Shown here: positions 1 through 9,414 of the stretch, piece after piece
Position numbering within the stretch: the first letter of the stretch is position 1
Layout: each line of letters starts with the position of its first letter
DNA from: Patescibacteria group bacterium
GTDB lineage: Bacteria > Patescibacteriota > Minisyncoccia > JAHIHE01 > JAGLIN01
Direction: 5' to 3'
NCBI GenBank assembly: GCA_029210775.1
Contig: JARGGI010000002.1
Span: forward strand, 76,478-140,477
DNA length: 64,000 nt
Made by a program: the position numbers and the translations under genes
The notes under the pieces: model-generated
Databases searched by the model: none
The model's input: only the letters and a program-made list of their open reading frames with translations
What the model was told of the DNA's origin: nothing

Positions 1-978
1 ACTTTTTTCTTGTTCTCTTCCAGTTTTTGCACTTTATTAAGTTTATCTAACATTTTAATACGGCTTTGCACAGCGCTGGCTTTAGTTGCTTTATATCTAA
101 AACGTTCAATGAATTCATTTTGTTTTCCTAAATATTTTTCCTGTCGTTTATATTCTTCTGACTTCCTTTGTTCCCGTTCACTTCTCTCTTCAAGATATGA
201 AGAATAATTGCAGAAATATTTTTCAAGTCCTCCTCGTTGCAGTTCGAATGTTTTATTACAAATCAAATCAAGAAATCTCTTGTCATGAGAAATAGCAAGA
301 ATTGCTCCATTCCAATTTAACAAAAACTTTTCTAACCAATCAATTGTATCCAAATCTAGGTGGTTTGTTGGTTCATCTAATATTAAAATATTTGGTTTTT
401 GTAAAACAATTTTAGCAAGAGCTAATCTAGTTTTTTCTCCTCCAGAAAGAGAGCTCACTTTTCGCTTCCACTCACTTTCAGGAAAGTTAAATTTTCCCAA
501 TACTTCTTCTGCATATTCTTCATATTCATATCCTCTTCTATTTTCAAAGTCATGCACGACTTCACCATATTCGTTGATTCTTTCATCTATATCCGAACTC
601 TTTGTATCTGACATTAAATTTTCTAGCTCCCTCTTGCGAACAATCGACTTATAAATTTTTTCATCAGCAGAAATCATTTCTTCTGAGATTGTATTATCTA
701 ATGAGTTCCAATGTGTTTCTTGAGGCAAATAACCAATAATAAGATTCTTATTATTTTGAACATCTCCGCTCTCAATTTCTTCCTGCTTCATAATAATTTT
801 TACCAGAGTGCTTTTTCCCATTCCGTTCGCACCAACAATAGCAATCCGGTCAGTGCTATTCACCACCAAATCAATTCCAGAAAAAAGCAATTCCGTTCCA
901 AATTTTTTTGAAACCTTGCTCAAAATTACCAGAGAACCCTCAATTGGTTTGCTTTTCATTATAATATTATTTTTTAAC
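1..978 (-). CDS. ABC-F family ATPase (EttA/Uup-like), N-terminal part; 3' end lies beyond window start
   Basis: Minus-strand ORF not in the provided track because it runs off the window. ATG at 978 (rc). Translation MLKNNIIMKSKPIEGS... contains Walker A GANGMGKST, ABC signature LSGGEKTRLALAKI, Walker B ILILDEPTNHLD, and an inter-domain linker rich in E/R/K typical of ABC-F proteins. Confidence 0.75.
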
Positions 979-1091
979 ATATATTTGAATTTATTAATTC
1001 TAACTTATTTTATAAAATACTAAGCACTATTATCATTGCAAGTAATCCTGCAGGACGAAGTAACAATCCCAAAATTAAGTTCCTTACGCGT

Positions 1092-1137
1092 AGTCATGAG
1101 ATTGCTTCGTTCGTTGCAATTCCCTCGCAATGACACC
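1092..1137. repeat. GC-rich palindromic MITE-like unit (family A: GATTGCTTCG...CTCGCAATGACA)
   Basis: agtcatgagattgcttcgttcgttgcaattccctcgcaatgacacc. Same core as units at 30441-30480, 41133-41164 and 51207-51238. Intergenic, GC-rich island in AT-rich DNA. Confidence 0.6.
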
Positions 1138-1408
1138 ATTTTTCAAATCAAAAAACCTGCTAAACAGAATATTGTTTTATTGTTATTTCGCTAATATTTT
1201 ACAAATGATTTGCGAAATAAATGCAATAAAAAAACAATCCACTTATCTTACAGGCTTTACTTCAAACATAACAACACAGCCAAAAATTCGACTTGTGTAG
1301 ATATTATTTGATTTTAGGGAAAAATTGTTCATACATTTACTTAAAGTATTCATAGTTTATCATTTTTTTTATAAATGTCAAACTATTCACAATAATTTTA
1401 CATTTTTT

Positions 1409-3301
1409 CTATTCCACCACTTGCAAGTCCCAAAACTTTTTATATAATCCTTTTTTCTTTTTAATCAATTTTTGGTGATTGCCTTCCTCGATGATCTCTC
1501 CGCCATCAATCACATAAATCTGGTCAGCTTTGCGGGCGGTGGTCATTCTGTGAGTAATTATTATAATTGTTTTTTCTTTTTTTAATTTTTTTAAAATATC
1601 CACAATCTTTGCCTCATGCTCAGCATCAAGCTGATTTGTTCCTTCATCAAAAATGATAATCGATCGATTTTGAATCAAAACCCTTGCAATTGAAAGAAGT
1701 TGTAATTGTCCACCTGAAAACTGCACATCATCTCCAATAATTGCATCAAGCTTTTTGGGTAATTTTTCAATTTCATTTTTTAAATCTAAAACTTCAAAAA
1801 TTTTCCAAATTTTTTCATCTATATCTTTTTCAAATTCACCGAAAGAAATATTTTCACGAATAGAAAAACTTTCCAACATAAATGGTTCTTGCGGAATTAT
1901 GCTTATATATTTTTTTACATATTTTGGCTCAATGTTTATCAACTTATTATTTCCAATCAGAATGTTTCCTCTTTTTGGATCATAATTTCTCGTTATCAAA
2001 TTTACCAATGTTGTCTTACCACTTCCATTTCTACCAACTATCGCCGTAATTTCTCCTTTTTTAAATTTAATACCAATCTTCTTTAAAACTATTGGCATTT
2101 TTCCACCTTTCTTTGAAAGAATTTGCTTCCACTCAGACAAATCTCCAAACTCCCAGACAAATGAAGATTTTTTCTGAAGATTTTCTTCTTTCCTGACGAT
2201 ACTTTTTATATACTCACGCTCTTCTTTATAAAAATTAGGATAACTAAAATCAATATTTTCAAATAAAATATCACCATATACTGGATAATTTATATTTTTG
2301 ATTTTATCCAATTTTAGCCTTGGCTTCAAATTCATGAAAAATTCTAGTTTATGAAACTTAATTAAGATGCTATTTAAATCAGGAATGACTGAAGAAATAT
2401 CTCGAAATACTCCTTGTAAAAGTGAGATATATAAAATCAGCATTATAAAACTACCAATAGTTATATTTCCATTTGTAACCTGAAAACCTGCAAAAAGAGC
2501 TGTGAATATATAGGCAAAATTTTGAGCCAATGACTCTAATATTGAATATTTTCCATATATTTCCTCTTCCTTTTTCTCAAGATTATACCTGGTTTCTCGA
2601 AGTCCCCAATATTTTTTCATTACAAAATTGTCACTATCTATGTTCGTAATATTCTGAAGTTCATAAAAAATTAAATTCTGTAATTCCCAAAATCGTGACA
2701 GCTTCCTTTCTTTGACAACATTTAACATAATATCTTTTTTTGTTCTACTGTTAATTATAATAATTTGAACCACACCTGAAAAAAGCAAAACAATAAATAT
2801 ACTTGGGCTGAAATAGGCAACAATTGGCAAAATTCCAAACACTGCAACCGTGATATTTATTTGACTAGAAGCAAAACTCAAAAGTCTTCCTACTAAATAT
2901 GTAACATCTATAGAACTGTTCACTATTCTTCTATTGCGTGGATTTTTCATAAATCCAGCATCAAATTTTTCAATACAATTATACAATTCTTTTTCAAGTT
3001 TTACTGAACAATTATAATCAATTTTTTTATTATATACACTCGAAATTGATGCAAATATTTTCTCTAACAAATTCACAATAACTGAAAGAAAAACTATCAA
3101 TACAAAAATAAATTCAGGACTAGAAGAAAAAACACCAAAGAAATCGCTATATTTATTTTCCAACTGATCAACTTGAAGCTTACTGAAATATGGAATCAGA
3201 AGCACGAGTCCTGATTGAATAACTCCAATAACCAAAAAAATCACAAAAAGAATTTTGTTTTGTGAGATTATTTTGGAGATAAGTTTATATTGTTGAGTCA
3301 T
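1409..3301 (-). CDS. ABC transporter, fused permease/ATP-binding protein (exporter type)
   Basis: 630 aa. N-terminal 6-TM domain. C-terminal Walker A GRNGSGKTTLVNL, signature FSGGQLQLLSIARVL, Walker B IIIFDEGTNQLD. Confidence 0.8.
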   Translation of the reverse strand: MTQQYKLISKIISQNKILFVIFLVIGVIQSGLVLLIPYFSKLQVDQLENKYSDFFGVFSSSPEFIFVLIVFLSVIVNLLEKIFASISSVYNKKIDYNCSVKLEKELYNCIEKFDAGFMKNPRNRRIVNSSIDVTYLVGRLLSFASSQINITVAVFGILPIVAYFSPSIFIVLLFSGVVQIIIINSRTKKDIMLNVVKERKLSRFWELQNLIFYELQNITNIDSDNFVMKKYWGLRETRYNLEKKEEEIYGKYSILESLAQNFAYIFTALFAGFQVTNGNITIGSFIMLILYISLLQGVFRDISSVIPDLNSILIKFHKLEFFMNLKPRLKLDKIKNINYPVYGDILFENIDFSYPNFYKEEREYIKSIVRKEENLQKKSSFVWEFGDLSEWKQILSKKGGKMPIVLKKIGIKFKKGEITAIVGRNGSGKTTLVNLITRNYDPKRGNILIGNNKLINIEPKYVKKYISIIPQEPFMLESFSIRENISFGEFEKDIDEKIWKIFEVLDLKNEIEKLPKKLDAIIGDDVQFSGGQLQLLSIARVLIQNRSIIIFDEGTNQLDAEHEAKIVDILKKLKKEKTIIIITHRMTTARKADQIYVIDGGEIIEEGNHQKLIKKKKGLYKKFWDLQVVE

Positions 3302-3329
3302 TAATAATTAATTTCATTTTTAAACTTTC

Positions 3330-3827
3330 CTATTCAACTTCCGCAACCAATGGATCTCTTCCTAAATCAATTTCTTCTTTGTCATTAAATCCATCATTAT
3401 CAGTGTCAGGATTTTCAGGATTAGTTCCTGCTTTTTTTTCATCAGCGTCTCCAAGTCCATCACTATCTAAATCAAGTTGTCCTGGTCCAAGTGGATCGTA
3501 ACCGCCTTCAACTTCTTGTCCATCAAAATAACCATCACCATCTGTGTCAGATTCAAGTGGATTTGTTTTCCAATTTCTAATTTCTATAAAATCAGTTAAT
3601 CCATCTCCATCTGTGTCAGCATTGTTTATATCAGTTCCAAATTCCTTTTCTTCACTATCAAGTAGGCCATCTTTGTCTGTATCAATATTTTTTACTTCTT
3701 CTTTTTTTTCTACTTTTGGAACAGCATTATCTTTTATATCTTCAATTTTCTTAATTGAACAACCCGAAAAAGAAAAAACTACCAACAACAAAAATGATAA
3801 TATCGCAATTTTTTTATAATTTTTCAT
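3330..3827 (-). CDS. lipoprotein with thrombospondin type-3-like Ca-binding repeats
   Basis: Signal peptide plus lipobox (LLVVFSFSGCS). Repeated DTDGDG / DxDxDGxxD motifs (DTDKDGLLDSEE, DTDGDGLTDF, DTDGDGYFDGQE, DSDGLGDADE, DTDNDGFNDKEE) and a GYDPLGPG segment. Confidence 0.6.
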   Translation of the reverse strand: MKNYKKIAILSFLLLVVFSFSGCSIKKIEDIKDNAVPKVEKKEEVKNIDTDKDGLLDSEEKEFGTDINNADTDGDGLTDFIEIRNWKTNPLESDTDGDGYFDGQEVEGGYDPLGPGQLDLDSDGLGDADEKKAGTNPENPDTDNDGFNDKEEIDLGRDPLVAEVE

Positions 3828-3875
3828 GTTTTTAATTAATCAATTATTATCTTATTATATCACAAAAACTTAAAT

Positions 3876-4871
3876 CTAATTATCCTCAAAATGCTTCATC
3901 CAATCTTTTTTGTAATTTATATTAAACTGTTTATAAAACTTCACTTCACTCACCTGCGCACACCATTCGTCACCGAACATAAAAATTGATCTTTTGATAT
4001 CAGAAAAGTATTGATAATTCGTTAAAGGATTACATTTTGTGCTTAACAAAGCGTAGTTTAGTGAATTTATAAGAAATCCTCCGTCATGCCTAAAATTTTT
4101 CAAATGCTCTGATTCATGGACTAAAAGAGATGCAAAATAAATTTTATCCTCAAGAGAATCAAAAGGTTTAGAAAAAACTGGATCAATTTCAATATAATCT
4201 TCTGGCATATGCGCCATCGCAAGAACGGGCTTCATACTTCTTTGAGAGAAATAGAATTGATTTGTATTGTTTACAATTTTTTCATATGCCTTTGGATCAA
4301 CGATTCGAAGAAAATGAAGTGTTTCTGAAATATTTTCCATTCCCTGAGATGATCCTTGTGTGCCTTGTATAATTTTTTCCGCTTTAATATCAATTTTTTT
4401 CTCATTACTATAGTCTAAAATTTTCTGATGCGTAAAAACATCAATAAAACTGTTAAGCAATGTAAAAATTATAATTATGTTTATTGTAAAAAATATTATA
4501 AATGCCTTTTGAAAATCTCGCTCTCCTTGGATTATAAATTCAAGAAAATTAATTTCTTTTTCAATTATTTTTTGCCTTCTTTCAAAAGTTAATTTATTTT
4601 TTTTTGATAGATAATAAATAAAAAAACGAATTGGCAAATATATCAAAACGAAACTTAGTGCAAAAACTCCAACTATACTTGGAAAAAGTCCGAAATCAAA
4701 AATGAAAGAAAGTAAAAATGAAGAAAATTTATAAAACACTATTGTAAAAAAAAACACGAAAAAATAAATAAAGAGTTCAAAAATAAACTCCCTGAAATTT
4801 TCTTTTTTAAGTTTCAAAATTTTTTGCCAAATTATTGCAAAAATAAAAATGAGTATTAAATCACCGATCAT
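3876..4871 (-). CDS. polytopic membrane protein with HEXXH motif (putative novel Zn-metallopeptidase)
   Basis: 331 aa. Several N-terminal TM helices. C-terminal soluble region with LLVHESEHLKNFRHDGG (HExxH). No recognisable family beyond the motif. Confidence 0.4.
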   Translation of the reverse strand: MIGDLILIFIFAIIWQKILKLKKENFREFIFELFIYFFVFFFTIVFYKFSSFLLSFIFDFGLFPSIVGVFALSFVLIYLPIRFFIYYLSKKNKLTFERRQKIIEKEINFLEFIIQGERDFQKAFIIFFTINIIIIFTLLNSFIDVFTHQKILDYSNEKKIDIKAEKIIQGTQGSSQGMENISETLHFLRIVDPKAYEKIVNNTNQFYFSQRSMKPVLAMAHMPEDYIEIDPVFSKPFDSLEDKIYFASLLVHESEHLKNFRHDGGFLINSLNYALLSTKCNPLTNYQYFSDIKRSIFMFGDEWCAQVSEVKFYKQFNINYKKDWMKHFEDN

Positions 4872-4873
4872 AT

Positions 4874-5827
4874 TTATTCTTCATTAAAAATTTCATTATA
4901 ATTTTCTTCATCAACTATTTTTATTTCATTTTTCAAATTAATATAATTTCCTGATGGATATTTATCTCCTAGAGATTTTGAAAGAGGATTATAGCCATTT
5001 TTTATTTCATCAAAATCAGTATATCCATCAAAATCAGTATCGGGGTTATTTTTATCTGTATTTATCGTCATTTCTACAAGATCAGACAAGCCATCATTGT
5101 CACTGTCTTCCTTTCTGAGCTTTATCTCAGTCGCTTCTTCAACTATATTAGAAGTCTTATTGTTACTCTCTGTGACTAAACTGGATTCATCTTTTTTTTC
5201 AACAACATAATCGGTACAATTAGCCGTCTGTAGAAATTCCAATGCCCTTTGATTATCATATTTCCTAGGACTATTTACGATTAAAAAAACGATTGAGCCA
5301 TCGACCTCTCCACATCTTAAAGTTCCAACCAACCCCTCTACCTTTTTCTCTAAAAGTTTATACGACTCTGTTTCAATCATAGAATAATAAGCCTCTTGGT
5401 TTCCAAGAATAATTGTCTCAAAACTTTTCTCATTATAATTATCATCAATATATCTTTCAAGAAAATCATAATCTAAATTTTCACCTGTTGTAGATCCATA
5501 ATTTTTTATCATATATTTACTTTCAAATCCCGTTGGCATATGCAAAATTGAAATATCGTTGCCACTTTTTTCATCTTTGATTTCAACCGTTTCAAGTGTT
5601 ATACCATATATAATTTCTTTAGTTGCCTTCTTCAGGTTATAGTCACTATCTGGAAATTCCCAATTGCCAATTTTTTGAGCGTCCTCAAGAGATATTGTTT
5701 TTTCTGCTTGGATAGCTATTAGAAAAACAGAACTTCCAAATAAAACAACAAACAAGAATGAACCAACTATTACTATTTTATTAATTATCTTTTGATTGCT
5801 ATTTTGTATTTCTTTAAATTGATCCAT
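4874..5827 (-). CDS. secreted/anchored protein with C-terminal TSP3-like module
   Basis: 317 aa. N-terminal signal-anchor (IVIVGSFLFVVLFGSSVFLIAI). C-terminus DSDNDGLSDLVE...NPDTDFDGYTDFDEIKNGYNPLSKSLG shares the module found in 3330..3827 and 8599..9405. Confidence 0.5.
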   Translation of the reverse strand: MDQFKEIQNSNQKIINKIVIVGSFLFVVLFGSSVFLIAIQAEKTISLEDAQKIGNWEFPDSDYNLKKATKEIIYGITLETVEIKDEKSGNDISILHMPTGFESKYMIKNYGSTTGENLDYDFLERYIDDNYNEKSFETIILGNQEAYYSMIETESYKLLEKKVEGLVGTLRCGEVDGSIVFLIVNSPRKYDNQRALEFLQTANCTDYVVEKKDESSLVTESNNKTSNIVEEATEIKLRKEDSDNDGLSDLVEMTINTDKNNPDTDFDGYTDFDEIKNGYNPLSKSLGDKYPSGNYINLKNEIKIVDEENYNEIFNEE

Positions 5828-5846
5828 ATCTTTATTGCTGAAGAAA

Positions 5847-7439
5847 TTAAATACCTAAAAATATAAGAACTACACCTACTATAATAGCCCACAATTTTGG
5901 ATGACTTTTTATTTTTTTGTTCTCAAGTTCCAAATAACTCAAAGAAACTTTTTGTCCGATTCCTCTAAAAAACCATCCCTGGGCAATTACTTGCTGACCA
6001 ATCAATTTGTTAATTTTTGTCAGTGCGAAAAAGAAATCACCAAGTTTTCCAAGCTTTGAATTATAATCTAAAAAAACCAAACCGCCGTTATCCTGAAACA
6101 TTAAGTCTTCGCTCAAAGCTGCACCTGCTTGTCCCCTTCCAATTATTTTTCCATCAAGCAAAATTCTTTTCCCTCTAATAGGAGAATTATAGATATCAGC
6201 CATCTGCTCTCTAATTGTTGTTTTCTCGGCGATGTTATTTGGAAACATATATAACGCTTTAATTATAAATGCCAAACCTAAAAATATGAACAGAATCTTC
6301 ATAGATCCTCCTGTTAATAATACTGCAGATAATCCAAACAAGATTGCAAAATGAGGAAGAAAAAACACGAAAACCCCTAATAAAAATCCATGATACAATT
6401 TTTCTTTATCTATCGTCATATTATTTATAGCTGCTCTGATGTTAAACATATTTTCCTTTCCAATAGATTTAGCAACTTCTCCAAGTCTTTCAATTCTCTT
6501 TCCGGTCAACGGATGAGTTGATCCTAACTCCAAAACAAATGCCCATGGACTCACAAAATCAAACGCCATAGTCTTGTTAATTGTCTCATTTGTGTCGGAC
6601 GACTTTAATGCCAAACCAAGTCCTTTGGCAGATTTTACATCCAAAATTCCCAGAGCTCTTGTGCTTTCCATGAGTCTTCCAGACTTTTTGTCATCTTCCT
6701 TTGCAACTATACCATAGGCAATTTTGATTAACGCAGTTGAAAGTTTATTTGGATCGCTAATATTTTTTGCTGCAAATTCATCAGCATAATATTCTCTAAC
6801 TCGAGATAAATATAAAATCACATAACTTCCAATGAAATAAAAAACATAGGATAGTAATCCGATATACACAAGCACTTGACCTTTTTTGTTCCTTCTTATT
6901 TGTTTTGATTTTGTAAAAATTACATACAATTCATATAAAATTTGCAAAAGAGTGCTTGCAATTGTCATAATTACAAAATCATAGTGGACAATATGACCAA
7001 TTTCATGAGCCAGTACCGCTTCCACTTCATCTTTTTCAAGATATGTAAAAAGACCCTTTGTAAAAACAAGTCTTGCATTTGATGGCAGTGAACCATATGT
7101 AAAAGCAGTAGGATTGTCATCATCAATAATTCCGATTTTTTTGGGAGATTTAACATTATTTTTTTGACAAATCGTTTTCAAAAAACTCGCCGTTTCTGGA
7201 TAAAGAGAATGTATATCTTCAATGGAATAAAATTTGATCTTATAAAAAAATCTCATCATAAAATCAGTAATCATCGGACCGATAATCCACATCAAGAAAT
7301 TAAAAACAATTGTCGCACCAATTAAAAAAGGAGCATTAATACTGCCCAATAAATAAGCTGCCGAAGCTAAAATTGTAAAAACGAATCCAGAGAGAATACC
7401 AAGTGTGACCAAACTTGCAAATTTTAGATTTTTAATCAT
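5847..7439 (-). CDS. M48 family (HtpX/Ste24-like) Zn-metalloprotease with ~210-aa C-terminal membrane/soluble extension
   Basis: HEXXH in VLAHEIGHIVHYDF, third-ligand motif REYYADEFAAK, and THPLTGKRIERL. It then continues with extra TM helices, a ~120-aa soluble segment and a terminal TM helix. Confidence 0.7.
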   Translation of the reverse strand: MIKNLKFASLVTLGILSGFVFTILASAAYLLGSINAPFLIGATIVFNFLMWIIGPMITDFMMRFFYKIKFYSIEDIHSLYPETASFLKTICQKNNVKSPKKIGIIDDDNPTAFTYGSLPSNARLVFTKGLFTYLEKDEVEAVLAHEIGHIVHYDFVIMTIASTLLQILYELYVIFTKSKQIRRNKKGQVLVYIGLLSYVFYFIGSYVILYLSRVREYYADEFAAKNISDPNKLSTALIKIAYGIVAKEDDKKSGRLMESTRALGILDVKSAKGLGLALKSSDTNETINKTMAFDFVSPWAFVLELGSTHPLTGKRIERLGEVAKSIGKENMFNIRAAINNMTIDKEKLYHGFLLGVFVFFLPHFAILFGLSAVLLTGGSMKILFIFLGLAFIIKALYMFPNNIAEKTTIREQMADIYNSPIRGKRILLDGKIIGRGQAGAALSEDLMFQDNGGLVFLDYNSKLGKLGDFFFALTKINKLIGQQVIAQGWFFRGIGQKVSLSYLELENKKIKSHPKLWAIIVGVVLIFLGI

Positions 7440-7466
7440 GGGTTTTGATTAGTTTTTAGTGAATCT

Positions 7467-7496
7467 CCCTGTGGCTCCGAGGCGGAGACCACAGGG
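7467..7496 (-). promoter_or_regulatory. GC-rich 13-bp-stem hairpin between the two M48 genes (terminator or leader element)
   Basis: ccctgtgg-ctccg-agg-cggag-a-ccacaggg. A nearly perfect extended stem in a 240-nt unusually GC-rich spacer, about 25 nt upstream of the ATG of 5847..7439. No U-tract follows. Confidence 0.4.
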
Positions 7497-7678
7497 CGTC
7501 AAGTTGTAATTCAAAGCTCGAAGAGTTTTAACTGCTTGGCGTCTTCTTTTCTGCCTTGCTTCTCTATGTATTTCTCAATGACTGCTTTGTTGCCTCTGCC
7601 ACTTACTGTCTTAAATTAAAAAACATATATCAGCTAAATATGTATTATTTTTTTATATTTTAATAATCATTATAAAAT

Positions 7679-8569
7679 TTATCTTTTAGTTTCCATCCCC
7701 ATTAGAGCACTTATCCTTTCTTCCATCGGTGGATGAGTCATAAACATTTTATTTACTTTCTTTCCTTTAAATGGATTGGCAATGTAAAGATGAGCGGTAG
7801 CGCGGTTGGCGACTTCTAATTTTTCCGAGTCTCCGGAAATTTTTTGAAGGGCACTTGCAAGTCCATCTGGATAACGAGTTAAAAGCGCGCCGTCAGCGTC
7901 GGCTAAAAATTCTCTTTTGCGAGAAATCGCCAGCTGGATTAGCATCGCAAAAAGAGGGGCTAAAATGGAAAGTAAAATCGCGACAATTACTATCCAACCT
8001 CCCCCTCCTTTATTATCTCTATTTCCTCCTCCAAACCACAGAGAATGCCTGAAAAAGTCAGCCAAAAGCGCAACCATTCCAACCAAAACAACAACCACAG
8101 TCGCCAGTAAAATATCCCGGTTTCCAATATGCGAAAGCTCGTGAGCGATAACTCCTTCCAATTCACTGCGATCCAATTTTTGCAGAAGTCCACTCGTCAC
8201 TGCCACCACGGCATGCTCCGGATCTCTTCCTGTGGCAAAAGCGTTCGGCGCGGTGTCATCTATAATATAAATTTTAGGAAGCGGAAGTCCTGCTGTGATA
8301 CACAAATTTTCCACAAGACGATAAAGTTCTTTATTGTCATTAAATTCAACGAGCTTTGCCTTGCTCATCGCAAGAACCAATTTATCAGAATACCAATAGC
8401 TTCCAACACTCATCAAAATACTAAAAAATACAGCGAACCATAAAATCGTGCTTGACCCCATCGCCTGAGAAAAAACCCAGCCTACTGTAATTACAAAGAC
8501 TAAAAACACTGACATTAAAATGTAAGTATTGCGAGTATTTCTGTCTGATTGGGTGTATAAAGTTGGCAT
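7679..8569 (-). CDS. htpX: protease HtpX (M48 peptidase)
   Basis: 296 aa. Two N-terminal TM helices, HEXXH (VIAHELSHIGNRD), EFLADADGA, C-terminal MTHPPMEERISAL. Canonical HtpX layout. Confidence 0.85.
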   Translation of the reverse strand: MPTLYTQSDRNTRNTYILMSVFLVFVITVGWVFSQAMGSSTILWFAVFFSILMSVGSYWYSDKLVLAMSKAKLVEFNDNKELYRLVENLCITAGLPLPKIYIIDDTAPNAFATGRDPEHAVVAVTSGLLQKLDRSELEGVIAHELSHIGNRDILLATVVVVLVGMVALLADFFRHSLWFGGGNRDNKGGGGWIVIVAILLSILAPLFAMLIQLAISRKREFLADADGALLTRYPDGLASALQKISGDSEKLEVANRATAHLYIANPFKGKKVNKMFMTHPPMEERISALMGMETKR

Positions 8570-8598
8570 ACAAACTGAAATTAAAAATTAAATTATTA

Positions 8599-9405
8599 TT
8601 ATAACTTCCCTTCCCCAAGAGGATTATAACCATTTTTTACCTCATCACCATCTGAATATCCGTCTCCATCTGTATCTGTTTTATTTGGGTCTGTTTTATA
8701 TATGGATGTTTCTTCATAATCCGAGAGTCCATCATTGTCAGCATTCTGAGATTTATCAGTTATGTTATTATTACAAATTTGATTTAATTTTTCATCTATA
8801 ATGTTTTTGCATAATTCTCTATTTTGTCCTATGAATGCTGTTTCATAATAAATGATATCCTTGCAAGCTTGCTGAATATTTTCAGGTTTTAGATTTGAGC
8901 AATCATCAGGATTCCTATATACTAAAAAAATATTTTTCAAACAATTTGTAAAATCACTACCTTCTGAAAACTGACATTTTTCATTTCTCTTTGCTGCAAT
9001 TCTTTGTACGGTTGGATCTGCACATTCAATTATCATTTTTTGATCTCCAATTTCACCACAAACACTACTATCGCCTTTTATAAAGGCCACAGAAGAAACG
9101 CAATCACTGTGATCGCTTCTTCTTTTGCATAGATTGGAATAATTTGTATTATTTATTGCTGCCTCAAGATAGAATTCTAATTGCGAAGAAGTAAATTCCG
9201 GATGAATGTTTTTCAGCTCTTGTAAAATTTCATCAATATCTTCATTATAATCATCTTCTATCGTTAAATTTTTTTTATTTACTAATTTTTCATTTTCATT
9301 ATTTACCAAGCTATCTTTTTTAAAAATAAGCACAAAAACTAAGGCAGATAGTAAAATTAATACTATACATCCTAAAATTATAATTTTTCTTTTTTTGTTT
9401 AACAT
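8599..9405 (-). CDS. secreted Cys-rich protein with C-terminal TSP3-like module
   Basis: 268 aa. Signal-anchor. About 14 Cys in the mature part. C-terminus NADNDGLSDYEE...DTDGDGYSDGDEVKNGYNPLGEGKL. Confidence 0.5.
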   Translation of the reverse strand: MLNKKRKIIILGCIVLILLSALVFVLIFKKDSLVNNENEKLVNKKNLTIEDDYNEDIDEILQELKNIHPEFTSSQLEFYLEAAINNTNYSNLCKRRSDHSDCVSSVAFIKGDSSVCGEIGDQKMIIECADPTVQRIAAKRNEKCQFSEGSDFTNCLKNIFLVYRNPDDCSNLKPENIQQACKDIIYYETAFIGQNRELCKNIIDEKLNQICNNNITDKSQNADNDGLSDYEETSIYKTDPNKTDTDGDGYSDGDEVKNGYNPLGEGKL

Positions 9406-9414
9406 AAATTTAGA

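Noticed and set aside
10-1023. Three small plus-strand ORFs at the window start
   Set aside because: They lie antisense to a clear ABC-F ATPase gene on the minus strand that runs off the window. The ABC-F translation has full Walker A, signature and Walker B motifs.
1755-2086. Short plus-strand ORFs inside the minus-strand ABC exporter gene
   Set aside because: Antisense ORFs within a well-supported conserved CDS. The same goes for the many 60-120-aa ORFs antisense to uvrA, groEL, rpoB, rpoC, ftsK, recA and the GT genes (for example 7855-8443, 9538-10838, 18382-18739, 52186-53233, 56062-57479).
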